64,000 nucleotides of DNA from an uncultured delta proteobacterium (lineage in GTDB: Bacteria; Desulfobacterota; WTBG01). The first letter of the stretch is position 1. Each line of letters opens with the position of its first letter. Shown here in pieces: positions 11,224-22,604 of the stretch. Where the stretch lies: assembly GCA_963793865.1 (NCBI GenBank), contig CAWCBP010000004.1, positions 224,001-288,000 of the forward strand, written 5' to 3'. A model generated the notes under the pieces. That model searched no databases and was not told the origin of the DNA. It saw only the letters and a list, made by a program, of their open reading frames with translations. A program made the position numbers and the translations under genes.

Positions 11224-12320
11224 GGGGACGCCCTTAAGATTCTAAGATTCTCATTTGATTAATTGATACTTGTTACTGCGCGCTATTTTCTCTCCCCTTA
11301 CCACCGCGTATCCCACCGCTGGGATGCTTATTCCAAGGTATCGGGCCAATTCAGTAAGGGAAATTTTCAGTTCCTGGACTGCCCAGAAACAAAAGAGACT
11401 CCTGGCTTTTACTTTTATGGGCTGTTTCCCTTTTAAAAAGAAATCATCCATTTCGATGCCGCAAATTTCCGCCACTATTCTTACAACCCGATCCAGATCG
11501 TAGCCCAGACGTTTTAATTCACAATTCCTTTCAAACCGCTCTCGCGCTCGGGAAAGAATGTCGGCAACAAAATCAGATGCCCCCAAAATTCTTTCATCGC
11601 TCTTCTTGTGATCCTGTGCTTTCAAATCCTGCACCCTTACTTCTGCCCACCCACCAAGGCTGCGTATCAAACCGCCTCCCCTCAAATCATCTCGTCGTCC
11701 CTGATCACTACCAGCCTTCAAATAAGCCAAATAATTTCTTCTTGCCTTATGCATAGTGTCACCGAAATAACCAAGCACATGATCAACTCCCTGCCAGGAA
11801 TGCTTGACTCTGCCCATTAATGCACAATGCCCGCTGTAGACATAGTGGTTCAATTCATTGAAATTGTGAAGGATCCCTGCCCGCATAGGATTCAGGTGAA
11901 TATATCTCACCAGTTCCAGCAGATATGCGTCCTCTTGACATACAATCGACTTATAGCGATTTTGAAAGAGATGCCCCTGTCGATTGTGGCGTCGGTTGAA
12001 ATTCACTGCGTACCCAGTAAGCAACCTTCTCATAAGCGTCGCAAGAGGAATTGTGCCGCTTCTAAAAAGAAAGTGGGCGTGATTGGGTAAAAATACCCAA
12101 GCGTAGCATGCAGTTTCAGTTTTCGGCAGCAAGATTGCGAGGCGAGCTAAAAAATCTTCCCGATCTGCATCGTTTCTGAATATCCTTCGACGCTCTATTC
12201 CCCTGATCATAATGTGATGTAAAACACCCGGTGCGTCAAGTCTGGCTGATCGTGGCATACCTTTATTCACCTGCCGATGATTCTATGAACTTAGAAACTT
12301 AGAATTTTAAGGGCGTCCCC
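11224..12320 (-). mobile_element. Y1 tyrosine transposase element (RAYT/IS200 superfamily) bounded by 23-bp inverted repeats; CDS 11251-12258
   Basis: MPRSAR...HHIMIRGIERRRIF, PNHAHFL (HUH), GHLFQNRYKS, RYIHLNP; ends GGGGACGCCCTTAAGATTCTAAG (11224-11246) and CTTAGAATTTTAAGGGCGTCCCC (12298-12320). Confidence 0.88.
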
Positions 12321-12346
12321 TCTATGAAGCAAAAAACAGGATCATC

Positions 12347-13877
12347 CTACACCAGCGCCCTATCGAGGCTGCGGTACTGGATGGCCTCGGCGATGTGGTG
12401 GGACTTGATGTGCTCCTCCCCTTCCAGGTCGGCGATGGTGCGGGAGACCTTGATGATGCGGGTGTAGGCCCGCGCGCTTAATCCCAGCTTCTCCATGGCC
12501 TGCCGGAGCAGCTGCTGGGAGTCCTCATCGATCCGGCAGAACTGCCGCACCTGGCGCGCCGCCATCAGGGCGTTGCAGTAAATTTTCATCCCGGCGAAGC
12601 GCCGGTGCTGGATGGCGCGCGCCTCCACCACCCTCGCTTTAATCGCCAGCGAGCTCTCCCCCAGCCGCTCCGCGCTTATCTCCTGGAAGTTGACCGGCGG
12701 CACTTCCACCTGGATGTCGATGCGGTCAAGCAGCGGGCCCGAGAGCTTGGCCTTGTAGCGCTGCATCTGCGGCAGGGTGCAGGTGCACTGCTGGCGGGGG
12801 TCGGTATAGAAACCGCAGGGGCAGGGATTCATGGCCGCCACCAGCATGAACCGGGCGGGATAGGTCAGTGATGTGACCGCCCGGGAAATGGTCACCTTGC
12901 CGTCCTCAAGCGGCTGGCGCATCACCTCCAGCGTGTTCTTTTTGAACTCGGTCAGCTCGTCCAGGAAGAGAACCCCGTTGTGGGAAAGGCTCACTTCCCC
13001 CGGCCGGGGAACGGGGCCCCCGCCGATGAGCCCCGCGTCCGAGATGGTGTGATGGGGGCTGCGAAAGGGCTTGTGGGTCACCAGCGCCTGGTCCGGATCG
13101 AGCAGCCCCATCACGCTGTGTATCTTGGTGGTTTCAAGCGATTCCTCGAAGGTCATGGGCGGAAGAATGCTGGCAATACGTTGTGCCAGCATGGTTTTCC
13201 CGGCGCCGGGGGGACCCACCATGATGATGTTGTGCCCGCCCGCCGCCGCCACCTCAATAGCCCTTTTTGCGTATTCCTGACCCTTGACCTCGCAGAAATC
13301 GACCGGATAGGCGGCCTGACGGTTGAATATCTCCTCGATATCAACTGTGGCAGGCGTGAGCGAGAGTACACCATTCAAAAAATCGACCACCTGGGAAAGA
13401 TGCTCCACCCCCAGCACCTCTATACCGTTCACAACCGCCGTCTCCGGCGCGTTTGCCAGGGGCACGATAATGCCCTTCAGTGCCCCCATCCCGGACAGCC
13501 ACGCCCAGGGGCAGTCCCCCGTGGATGGATTTAACCCTGCCGTCGAGCGACAGCTCGCCCGCAATGAGGTAGTCCTTTATCCTGTCCCGCCTGACCACAT
13601 CTGATGCCACCAGGATTCCGACGGCAATGGGCAGGTCAAAGGAGGCACCTTCTTTTCTTATGTCCGCGGGCGCCAGGTTGACGGTTATGCGCTGGGAGGG
13701 GAAATTGTAGCCGCTGTTCTTGATGGCCGCTTTCACCCTGTCCTTGCTCTCCTTGACAGCGCCGTCAGGAAGCCCCACCGTGGCCAGCGCGGGCAGGCCC
13801 AGCGAAATGTCTGCCTCCACCCCCACCAGATAGGCATCGATCCCTAAAAGCCCCCCGCTTATGACTTTCGCTATCAT
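12347..13877 (-). CDS. comM: YifB/ComM Mg-chelatase-like AAA+ ATPase; frameshift near 13485
   Basis: [65 protein letters not shown]. Confidence 0.9.
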
Positions 13878-13889
13878 AGAAATACAAAT

Positions 13890-13905
13890 AGCAAGTACTG
13901 TGCCT
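13890..13905 (-). promoter_or_regulatory. sigma54 (-24/-12) promoter
   Basis: AGGCACAGTACTTGCT (GG-N10-GC) just upstream of the comM start. Confidence 0.6.
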
Positions 13906-14022
13906 ATAGGTGCGAGTCCGCAGCGTGTCGCCTTTGGATATTTTACCTTGACGAACAAGCACGCTTGGCATTAAGATTCATATAAGACAATGTTACATCT
14001 ACTAAAGATGAGGCAAAGCAGG

Positions 14023-14505
14023 ATGAGCAGATTAACCCATGTTGATGACCAGGGTAAAGCGAAAATGGTGGATGTGTCTGAAAAGGACGTCACCTTAAGA
14101 GAAGCTGTTGCCTCCGGGGCCATTTTAATGAAGCCTGAAACCTTCCGGATGGTAGTAAATGCGGAAATCGCCAAAGGCGATGTCCTGGGTGTTGCTAAAA
14201 TAGCAGGCATCATGGCGGCAAAAAAAACAAGTGAACTCATTCCACTGTGCCATCCTTTGGACATTACTCACGTTGACATACAGTTCCACCTCAGGGAGAA
14301 GCAGAGTTCCATTACCATTGAAGCCGCCGTAAAGACCCTGCATAGAACAGGCGCTGAGATGGAGGCGCTGGTTGCTGTCACCACAGCGGCACTCACCATC
14401 TATGACATGTGCAAAGCTGTGGACAGGGCTATGGTCATCGCTGATGTGAAATTGTTAAAGAAGAGCGGCGGCAAAAGCGGCACCTACAGGCTTAAGCGCG
14501 CATGA
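14023..14505 (+). CDS. moaC: cyclic pyranopterin monophosphate synthase
   Basis: LTHVDDQGKAKMVDVSEK, KGDVLGVA, LIPLCHPL, TGAEMEAL, TIYDMCKA. Confidence 0.95.
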   Translation: MSRLTHVDDQGKAKMVDVSEKDVTLREAVASGAILMKPETFRMVVNAEIAKGDVLGVAKIAGIMAAKKTSELIPLCHPLDITHVDIQFHLREKQSSITIEAAVKTLHRTGAEMEALVAVTTAALTIYDMCKAVDRAMVIADVKLLKKSGGKSGTYRLKRA

Positions 14506-14576
14506 GATTTTGCTTTACAGCTACGGTGTATTGATATACAAGTAAAGCCAGGGTAATGCTTGGCGAATAGAGGGCA

Positions 14577-14936
14577 ATGAATAAAGACAGACTGGACTAT
14601 TTTAAGAAATTCCTGACCAATCAGCTGGATACACTTGTCTCCGAGGCCATGAAGACGGTAGAGGACATGAGTGATGAGGAGGAAACCTTCCCCGATCCGA
14701 CTGACCGCGCCTCATTGGAATCAGACAGGAACTTTCTCCTGAGAATACGGGACCGGGAAAGAAAGCTTATCGTCAAGATCAACGAGGCCCTGGCCAGGAT
14801 CGAAGACGGCACGTTTGGAATCTGCGAGATGTGCGGGGAGGATATCTCTGAAGAGCGCTTGAAAGCAAGGCCGGTAACAACGCTTTGCATTGATTGCAAA
14901 ACAGAAGAAGAAGAAAAAGAGAAAATAGGAAGCTAA
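14577..14936 (+). CDS. dksA: RNA polymerase-binding protein DksA
   Basis: PDPTDRA, RDRERKLIVKI, CEMCGEDI...RLKARP...LCIDC zinc finger. Confidence 0.95.
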   Translation: MNKDRLDYFKKFLTNQLDTLVSEAMKTVEDMSDEEETFPDPTDRASLESDRNFLLRIRDRERKLIVKINEALARIEDGTFGICEMCGEDISEERLKARPVTTLCIDCKTEEEEKEKIGS

Positions 14937-15042
14937 GAGCACCGTTACAACATCCGACACAAGCCCGGTCACCAGAAAACCTTCCCTCGTGCAGCTTTTA
15001 TAAATCCCTTTCATTATTAATCCGCACCAAGCGGAGCATGCC

Positions 15043-16053
15043 ATGCCTGAATTAAGAAAAGACCCCATTATCAGCCGGTGGGTTATCATCTCAACCGAAC
15101 GCGGAAAAAGGCCGTCCAGTTTCACTCCCCCCGACAAAAAAATCCATGACGATTTTTGTCCCCTCTGCCCGGGCAATGAGGACAAGACGCCGCCCGAAGT
15201 TTTCGCCCACCGGCCTGCCGGTTCGCGTCCCAACACCCCGGGATGGAGCCTGAGGGTGGTGCCCAATAAATTTCCCGCGCTCCGCATCGAAGGCGAACTG
15301 GACCGCAGGGGTGATGGCATTTATGACAAGATGAACGGCATCGGTGCCCACGAGGTTATTATCGAGTGTCCCGAGCACGATGCCACCCTGGCATCCGTTT
15401 CACGGGAGCACTTTGAGAAGGTGCTTCTCAGTTACCGGGACCGGATGAATGAGCTCTACCGGGACCGGAGATTCAAATACATGGCCATCTTCAGAAACCA
15501 GGGAGAGGTTGCCGGGGCGTCGCTTGCCCACCCCCACTCCCAGATTATCGCGCTTCCCATCGTACCCAGGCGTGTGATGGAGGAGCTTGAGGGTTCAAAG
15601 GCATACTTTAACTATAAGGAGCGGTGCGTCTTTTGCGACATCGTCAGGCAGGAAAAAGAGCAGGCGGTACGGGTGGTACATGAAAACCGGGAGTTTATCG
15701 CCATAGCCCCCTTCGCATCCCGTTTCCCCTTTGAAATCTGGGTTCTACCTAAAAATCACAGCTCCGCCTTCGAGGACATTCCCCATTTTCACTACGCTTC
15801 ACTGGCGGAGCTTTTCTCCGATACCTTGAAGCGGCTTTCCCTGTGCCTGAATGACCCTCCCTTCAATTTTATGCTCCACACCTCTCCCGTCAGCGAAAAA
15901 TTTAATGATTTCTACCACTGGCACTTTGAAATCATCCCCCGCCTCACCCGCGTCGCAGGTTTTGAATGGGGGTCGGGGTTCTACATCAATCCCACCTCGC
16001 CTGAAGACGCGGCCCAGTCCTTGAGGGAAACACCGCCGGTTCCCGCCGTTTAG
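15043..16053 (+). CDS. galT: galactose-1-phosphate uridylyltransferase
   Basis: CPLCPGNE, VVPNKFPAL, GASLAHPHSQ, YHWHFEIIPR. Confidence 0.93.
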   Translation: MPELRKDPIISRWVIISTERGKRPSSFTPPDKKIHDDFCPLCPGNEDKTPPEVFAHRPAGSRPNTPGWSLRVVPNKFPALRIEGELDRRGDGIYDKMNGIGAHEVIIECPEHDATLASVSREHFEKVLLSYRDRMNELYRDRRFKYMAIFRNQGEVAGASLAHPHSQIIALPIVPRRVMEELEGSKAYFNYKERCVFCDIVRQEKEQAVRVVHENREFIAIAPFASRFPFEIWVLPKNHSSAFEDIPHFHYASLAELFSDTLKRLSLCLNDPPFNFMLHTSPVSEKFNDFYHWHFEIIPRLTRVAGFEWGSGFYINPTSPEDAAQSLRETPPVPAV

Positions 16054-16352
16054 TAATAGTTTCCTGCCCGTCCGCATTCCTTCTAACCGTAACGTTATTC
16101 CACTCCTTTGACTTTATCACAGGCCTGTTAAGTTATTTTTGTTTACGGTCGTCCCCAATCCGCAGCGTATTATACCCTCTCGAAAAAAAGCTAATGGATT
16201 TTAGGCTTTTATCCGATAGCAAACCATCATTGCACTCTAAATCATACCCTTATTCCATGCAGGCAATCATGCCGGCAAAAGATTATAAGCGTGCAGTAAT
16301 ACAAGCAGTTGTCAATAAACAATCATAAACAACAAATGAGGGATAATAAGTT

Positions 16353-19300
16353 GTGGTAAAGAAATTAAACATTATAGTGCCATTCATTATTTTTGCCCTC
16401 TTATCAGCAGGGCAGGCTATTGCCGCTTTGGACGCCCATATCATAAGCCACACCATCCCGGCGAGCGTGCATCCGGGTGATGTATTTCAGGTCAGCGTAA
16501 CCGTGCAAAACACCAGCACCGGGGGCGAGACCTGGAAGCGTCCAATGTACAGGCTCCTTTCTCAAACCGTTCCCACCAATATCTGGGGTCCCTCCCAGGT
16601 GCAGCTCGGTAAAAAGGAAAGTGTGGCGCCGGGCATGTCTGCTACCTTTAACATGATCATTACCGCGCCGGCTACACCGGGCATCTACCCCTGTCAGTGG
16701 CAGATGAAAAAAAATCCCGGATCAACGTTCGGGGAATTGCTGAATCTGACAGTAGAAGTAACCGATAGCACTCCCAAAATGCTTGATGCGGCAGTGGTAA
16801 GCCATACCATTCCTCCCGCCATGTGTGCCGGAGAAACCAGGTCCATTACCATTACCATGAGGAACACCGGTTCCACCACCGTTTGGTACAAGCCTGATTT
16901 TACTCTCTTTGCCCAAAACAGCCCGCAAGCGGATGATCAGTGGGGACCAAGCCAGAGTCTTTTAAATGTTGGTGAAACTATCAGGCCGGGGACTACCAAG
17001 ACTTTTACCCTTGACATTACCGCTCCGATCACTCCGGGCAGCTACAATTGCAACTGGCAGATGAATATCACCACCAGTGAGGACACCCGGTTTTTTGGAG
17101 AAAAGCTTGAGACTGCAGTTTCAGTGGTAGATGAAGGCGGAACCTGTGACGATGGGAATGAGTGTACCGGAAACGGGACATGCACCGGCACGGTGTGCAC
17201 AGGCGCCGGGCCGGTAGCCGACGGTACTGCATGCAATGTGACCAACACCTGCACGGCATACAACTGCACCGGAGGTTTTTGCGGAGGCACAATTGATGAA
17301 GGTGCTCCCTGTAATGACGGAAATAATTGCACAACTGGTGATGCCTGTTCGGCCGAGGGTGTATGCAGCGGCACCCCCCTCGACTGCAGCGGTCTCGACG
17401 ATAGCTGCAACCTGGGGGTCTGTAACCCCTACACAAATCCTGTCAGTTGTGAACAGGACAGCACCTATAAAAACTACCATGCCTGCAGTGACGAAATTTT
17501 CTGTAACGGCAATGATAGCTGCATTGCCGGAACATGCATCCTCTCAGATGGCGATCCCTGCGTGGACGACGGCCTGTTCTGTACCGGCAGCGAAAGCTGT
17601 GACGAGGGAACTGATCAGTGCCTGAGCAGCGGCGACCCCTGTACCGAAGGCATGCTTTGCAATGAGGGCGCAGATACCTGTGATGTACCGCAGTGTCTCA
17701 TGGATGGGAACTGCGATGATGGCTTATACTGCACTGGTCGGGAAACGTGTGTCGCAGGATACTGCCAGCCCGGCACGCCGGTTGACTGTCCGGACGATGG
17801 TATGTTCTGCAATGGTACCGAGTCCTGCGGTGAATTTTTGGATGCCTGCGTAAGCAGCGGTAACCCCTGCCCATCCGATCTAATGTGTGATGAAGGAATC
17901 GATACCTGCATCGGATGCCTACAGGACAGTGACTGTGATGACGAATTGTACTGCAATGGCCAGGAAACATGTGTCGCAGGAAATTGCCGGCTCGGCACTC
18001 CGGTTGACTGCAGCGACAGCATGGACTGCACCATCGAAAGCTGCGACGAGGCCACCGATAACTGCATACATACACCCGATAACACCCTCTGTGCCGATGA
18101 CCAATTCTGTAATGGTAATGAGGTTTGTGATCCGGTGAATGGCTGCCAGCCCGGCACGCCGGTTGATTGTCCGGACGATGGCATGTTCTGCAATGGTACC
18201 GAGTCCTGCGATGAAATTGCGGATGCCTGTGTAAGTAACGGCAACCCCTGCGCTGAGGGCACGGTCTGCAATGAAGGCGAAACCACCTGCGATGTAACAG
18301 TGTGCCTGGTTGATGAGGACTGTGATGATGGAATATACTGCAATGGTGTGGAAACCTGCGTTGCCTATAAATGCCAGCCTGGCACGACGGTTGACTGCAA
18401 TGACAGCGTAGACTGCACCATCGAAAGCTGCGACGAGGCCACCGATAACTGCATACATACACCCGATAACACCCTCTGTGCCGATGACCGATTCTGTAAT
18501 GGTAATGAGGTTTGCGATCCCGAAAACGGCTGTCAGCCCGGCATACCGGTTAACTGCCCTGATGACGTCTTGTTCTGTACCGGTGCCGAGTCCTGCGACG
18601 AGGCTGCCGATTCCTGCCTAAGCAGCGGTAATCTCTGTGCCGAGGGCACTGTATGTAATGAGGACATAGATTTCTGCTTTGTTACACCATGCTTCGTTGA
18701 TGCGGACTGCAGTGACGGAATATACTGCAACGGCCAGGAAACATGTGTCGCGAACAATTGCCAGACCGGCGCGCCGGTTAACTGCAATGACAGTGTAGAC
18801 TGTACCGCCGATAGCTGCGACGAAGCCGCCGATAGCTGCATGCACTCACCCGATAGCGGTCTCTGCAATGATGGACAATTCTGCAACGGAAACGAGAGCT
18901 GCGATCCTGTCAATGGATGCCAGACCGGCATCCCGGTTGACTGCCCTGACGATGGCACCTTTTGCAACGGTGCTGAGTCCTGCAACGAGGTTACCAATTC
19001 CTGCTTCAGCAACGGTAACCCCTGCACCGAGGGCACGGTCTGCAACGAGGACGCAGATAGCTGCGATGCAACAGAGTGTTCTATTGTTGCGGACTGTGAT
19101 GATGGAATATACTGCAATGGACTGGAAACATGTGATGCCGGAACCTGCATACCCGGCACACCGGTCAACTGCTCTGGTGATGGTTTGTTCTGCAACGGCA
19201 TCGAGTCCTGCAACGAGGCCACCGATTCCTGCGCCGGCAGCGGCAATCCCTGCCCCGGGGGTACCACCTGCAATGAATCTCTGGACAGATGCGTGAGTGC

Positions 19301-20267
19301 ATCCACAACCACAACAACCGTCCCGGCCACCACAACGACAATACCTCCAATTACAACAACCACAATTCCCGCCACCGCCTGTTCCGTGGTAATTGCACCG
19401 GACACGCAAACAGTCGAGCCGGGCGGGACATTCGAATTCACCGCCGTGACCACCTGCGACGGCGCCGCAGTTGACGGCACCTATGTGTGGGAAATTGTGC
19501 CGGCAAGCACCATCGGAAGCAGCATCGCGGAAGATACGGGGCTCTTCACGGCAGGGAACAATACCACAGGTTCTGACATGACTGAGATCGTGCAGGTGAC
19601 CGATATCGCCCACAACACCACGGATACGGCCGAGGCAGTGGTAACGCCGATCCAGCCGGTGTGCGAAACGCTCATCGATCCGTCGATGGCGACCGTTGAT
19701 TCAGAAGAAAACATAACTTTTACCGCTTCAACCGGGGGAACCGGCTGCCTTGAACCCGACTTTGCATGGCAGATTGATACTGACTTGAACAGCCGGATCA
19801 ATGCCGGCGGTTCATCCTGCTTCTATCAGGCAGGCACGAACAAAACAGGCATGCTGCACACCGATACCATCTCGGTTGTTGACCGGGCCAACGGCACCTC
19901 GGCAGAAGTGACGGTGACCGTCTACTACGGCAGGATTAAAAGGGTAGTTCCGGGAATAATCAGAAGCTCCCGGTGGATACCGCTTCCCCATATTATCTAT
20001 ATCATGGGAGAAGACACGGAATTCAACCCGACTTCCTGGCCGTACTTCACGCCGGTTGGTTCCATAATGACCATTGGAAAAATCGGATTTCGCAATTTCA
20101 TGGCCGCGCTGGTTCTCGTAGCGCCCAATGCGGAGCAGGACCTCATTGACCTGGCCGTGCCCATGACCAATGAAGAGGGACAGCAGGTTACCTTCGGCAA
20201 GGAAGACGCCTTCAGCATCAGGCTGCTTCCCTTTGTGCTTGATGCGAAGGAAAATAAGCCGAAATAA
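16353..20267 (+). CDS. large secreted Cys-rich repeat protein with two N-terminal NBR1-like Ig domains, Thr-rich linker and C-terminal Ig-like domains
   Basis: Signal peptide; two (LDA)xxxSHTIP...V/MxNT...W...APxTPGxYxCxWQM units; CDDGxxCNGxExC repeats; TTTT linker. Confidence 0.85.
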   Translation: MVKKLNIIVPFIIFALLSAGQAIAALDAHIISHTIPASVHPGDVFQVSVTVQNTSTGGETWKRPMYRLLSQTVPTNIWGPSQVQLGKKESVAPGMSATFNMIITAPATPGIYPCQWQMKKNPGSTFGELLNLTVEVTDSTPKMLDAAVVSHTIPPAMCAGETRSITITMRNTGSTTVWYKPDFTLFAQNSPQADDQWGPSQSLLNVGETIRPGTTKTFTLDITAPITPGSYNCNWQMNITTSEDTRFFGEKLETAVSVVDEGGTCDDGNECTGNGTCTGTVCTGAGPVADGTACNVTNTCTAYNCTGGFCGGTIDEGAPCNDGNNCTTGDACSAEGVCSGTPLDCSGLDDSCNLGVCNPYTNPVSCEQDSTYKNYHACSDEIFCNGNDSCIAGTCILSDGDPCVDDGLFCTGSESCDEGTDQCLSSGDPCTEGMLCNEGADTCDVPQCLMDGNCDDGLYCTGRETCVAGYCQPGTPVDCPDDGMFCNGTESCGEFLDACVSSGNPCPSDLMCDEGIDTCIGCLQDSDCDDELYCNGQETCVAGNCRLGTPVDCSDSMDCTIESCDEATDNCIHTPDNTLCADDQFCNGNEVCDPVNGCQPGTPVDCPDDGMFCNGTESCDEIADACVSNGNPCAEGTVCNEGETTCDVTVCLVDEDCDDGIYCNGVETCVAYKCQPGTTVDCNDSVDCTIESCDEATDNCIHTPDNTLCADDRFCNGNEVCDPENGCQPGIPVNCPDDVLFCTGAESCDEAADSCLSSGNLCAEGTVCNEDIDFCFVTPCFVDADCSDGIYCNGQETCVANNCQTGAPVNCNDSVDCTADSCDEAADSCMHSPDSGLCNDGQFCNGNESCDPVNGCQTGIPVDCPDDGTFCNGAESCNEVTNSCFSNGNPCTEGTVCNEDADSCDATECSIVADCDDGIYCNGLETCDAGTCIPGTPVNCSGDGLFCNGIESCNEATDSCAGSGNPCPGGTTCNESLDRCVSASTTTTTVPATTTTIPPITTTTIPATACSVVIAPDTQTVEPGGTFEFTAVTTCDGAAVDGTYVWEIVPASTIGSSIAEDTGLFTAGNNTTGSDMTEIVQVTDIAHNTTDTAEAVVTPIQPVCETLIDPSMATVDSEENITFTASTGGTGCLEPDFAWQIDTDLNSRINAGGSSCFYQAGTNKTGMLHTDTISVVDRANGTSAEVTVTVYYGRIKRVVPGIIRSSRWIPLPHIIYIMGEDTEFNPTSWPYFTPVGSIMTIGKIGFRNFMAALVLVAPNAEQDLIDLAVPMTNEEGQQVTFGKEDAFSIRLLPFVLDAKENKPK
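18024..19184 (+). repeat. intragenic 387-bp (129-aa) tandem repeat, about 3 copies
   Basis: GACTGCACCATCGAAAGCTGCGACGAGGCC at 18024 and 18411; diverged copy at 18798; boundaries approximate. Confidence 0.85.
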
Positions 20268-20449
20268 GCAGGGCTATGGTTTTGGCGGCTATTAAAATAT
20301 TTAATAGCAGGTGGGCGGAAATGGCCTCTAAACGGCAGCAGGAATAGGTCAGCCGGCCCACTTCACTATGAAGGCCGGATTAAAAGATATTGCATTAATT
20401 CATGCAGTTGTGTGCCGTTGCACGAGGCCCCTGGACAGAAAAAATAACT

Positions 20450-20465
20450 TGGTACGATGCTTGCT
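20450..20465 (+). promoter_or_regulatory. sigma54 promoter of the minor pilin operon
   Basis: TGGTACGATGCTTGCT (GG-N10-GC) about 65 nt upstream of the fimT start. Confidence 0.75.
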
Positions 20466-20528
20466 CAATTAACCGATGCGAAGCTGTTTCAGGCATTTCA
20501 GGCCGAGCACATGAAAGGAGTCACCGCG

Positions 20529-21023
20529 ATGAGATCATCGAGCAGAGGATTTACCCTTACAGAACTCATGGTTGCCATTGCTGTCATCGGCATACTGGCT
20601 ACCATCGGCGGTGTGTCGTTCACCCGGGAACTTCCCCACTACCGTCTTAAAGGAGATGCCGGGACCATTCATCGCAGCCTGATGACCGCCCGGACGCAGG
20701 CCACATCATCGGGCCGCCAGTTTGCCGTCAGATTCAACCTTGACGCCAACCCCCAGGAGTATGTGATCCAGGAGGGAAACGCCAACAGCGGCTCAACCAC
20801 CTGGACCACCAGGGCCTATCGCAAAGAGCTTTCCCCCTCTGTGAAAATAGCCAGTGTGGTTGACGACGGAGGCACCAGGACATCGGGCACGGCCAGGGTC
20901 ATCTTCAATCCCAACGGCTCATGCGGCACGGGCGATATTTTCCTGGGCAGCGCCTCTCATGGCTACCGTGTGTTTTTGACGCCGACTACCGGCAGGGTGC
21001 AAACCCGCGAGGGGTGGTCATAA
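20529..21023 (+). CDS. FimT/FimU-type minor pilin
   Basis: Prepilin motif RG|FTLTELMVAIAVIG; IFNPNG...TGRV. Confidence 0.85.
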   Translation: MRSSSRGFTLTELMVAIAVIGILATIGGVSFTRELPHYRLKGDAGTIHRSLMTARTQATSSGRQFAVRFNLDANPQEYVIQEGNANSGSTTWTTRAYRKELSPSVKIASVVDDGGTRTSGTARVIFNPNGSCGTGDIFLGSASHGYRVFLTPTTGRVQTREGWS

Positions 21024-21053
21024 GATTTAATCGTGAGGAACGGAGGAAACACA

Positions 21054-21515
21054 ATGAAACTTCATTGCGCAAATAACAACAAGGGCTTTACCGTGGTTGA
21101 ACTGATGGTTGCGGTGGTCATAACCGTCATTGCCTTTGCCGGGCTTGCCACCATGGAAATCGCCTGCATCAACGGCAATTCCATCGCCAGCAATGTTACC
21201 ACCGGCATCACCCTGGCCCAGGACAAGATGGAAGATCTGATGAGCCTCGACATCAATGACCCTGACCTGGACGACAACAACATCAGCAACAACGGAGATT
21301 TGCGGGAGGGGGTCGAGGATTTCTCCTCCGTGGGCAGCGCGGCCACTGCCGATGACGGACACCGGGAAGAAAATATTGACGCGAAGGGGAATCCGGGTGG
21401 CATGTACACCCGCTTCTGGAACGTTGCCGAGGACACACCGATTGACGGGCAAAAAACCCTGGTGGTGATCGTGACCTGGCGGGACAGCATGGTTACCGTG
21501 TCTTCAATCATTTAA
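21054..21515 (+). CDS. pilV: PilV-type minor pilin
   Basis: KG|FTVVELMVA, LAQDKME, YTRFWNV, VIVTW; operon position. Confidence 0.75.
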   Translation: MKLHCANNNKGFTVVELMVAVVITVIAFAGLATMEIACINGNSIASNVTTGITLAQDKMEDLMSLDINDPDLDDNNISNNGDLREGVEDFSSVGSAATADDGHREENIDAKGNPGGMYTRFWNVAEDTPIDGQKTLVVIVTWRDSMVTVSSII

Positions 21516-21575
21516 TAACCAGGAATTATGGAGGGCCACGCTCCGTCGTGGCCGCGGTTTACGAAAAGGGGCGCA

Positions 21576-22376
21576 ATGATGAAAAATAATCATCTGAGCA
21601 ACAGGGAAAAGGGAATCAGCCTGGTCGAGCTGATGATCGTGACCGCCCTGCTGGGGCTGGTGATGGCCGGCATGTATAACATGTTCGTCCACCAGCAGAA
21701 AAGCTATTCCGTGCAGGACCATGTGTCGGCAATGCAGCAGAACGCGAGGGTGGGTCTCGAATACATGGTGAAAGACATCCGCATGGCCGGGTATGTTCCT
21801 GAAAGAATACCCTTTGATGCGTTCGATCCTCCCGTGCCAGAACCGAAGAAACCAGCCCCCGGGGCGGATGTGGCGGGACAGCCCTTCACCGACGGTGACG
21901 ACGAGGACATTGAAGAGGCCACTGCCACCAGCATCACCTTCCAGGCCGACATCGATAATGATGCCAAAACCGAAACAGTCCGTTACGCGCTCAATGGAAC
22001 GGACCTCACCATGGAGGTGTGGGAGTGGAATGCCGCTGTTTCAAGCTGGGGCGGCAGCACAGGCTCTCAAGTCATAGCGCAGGACATCGAGAACCTGGCC
22101 TTTACCTACATCGTCCTGTCTGACGATTACGGCGTCAATAACGATACGGATGATGACGGCAATGACGGCGCGGACGAAGAGGGCGAACTCAAGACCTGGA
22201 ATATCGGCACCGACGGCGCCCTGGGCAACGCGCAGCGCAGGCACATACGGCAGGTATCCATCACCATGAACGCGAGGGCGGCGGCCAAAGATCCCGTCTA
22301 CATTGACCCGGTCGTGGGAGACCACTACCGGAGGCGTGCGCTCACTTCAAACATTAATTTGCGCAATATTACATGA
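21576..22376 (+). CDS. pilW: PilW-type minor pilin
   Basis: KG|ISLVELMI, QQNARVGLEYMVKDIRMAGY, C-terminal INLRN. Confidence 0.85.
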   Translation: MMKNNHLSNREKGISLVELMIVTALLGLVMAGMYNMFVHQQKSYSVQDHVSAMQQNARVGLEYMVKDIRMAGYVPERIPFDAFDPPVPEPKKPAPGADVAGQPFTDGDDEDIEEATATSITFQADIDNDAKTETVRYALNGTDLTMEVWEWNAAVSSWGGSTGSQVIAQDIENLAFTYIVLSDDYGVNNDTDDDGNDGADEEGELKTWNIGTDGALGNAQRRHIRQVSITMNARAAAKDPVYIDPVVGDHYRRRALTSNINLRNIT

Positions 22377-22382
22377 TATAAA

Positions 22383-22574
22383 CCCCCTCACCCTAACCCT
22401 CTCCCCGGAGGGTAGAGGGGACAAAGTTTTTTCGATTATCGCAGGGGGTAAAGGAAATTAATGTACGTCCCCTCTCGCACGAGGGAAAAAAATTAATACC
22501 TTCCTCCTCTCACCTGAGGAACAAGAAATCAAACTTTCCCCCTCTCCCCCGGGGGAGAGGGTTGGGGTGAGGGG
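22383..22574. repeat. REP-like inverted pair (CCCCTCACCC...GAGGGG family)
   Basis: CCCCCTCACCCTAACCCTCTCCCCGGAGGGTAGAGGGG and CCCCTCTCCCCCGGGGGAGAGGGTTGGGGTGAGGGGG; related copy at 32537-32797. Confidence 0.8.
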
Positions 22575-22604
22575 GAAAACACCGTATTGCGAGGAGAACA
22601 CACC

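Noticed and set aside
16210..16290. GATAGCAAACCATC as a fourth GEMM riboswitch
   Set aside because: No GNRA-capped P2 and no GGGACG(C/G)AAAG segment follow
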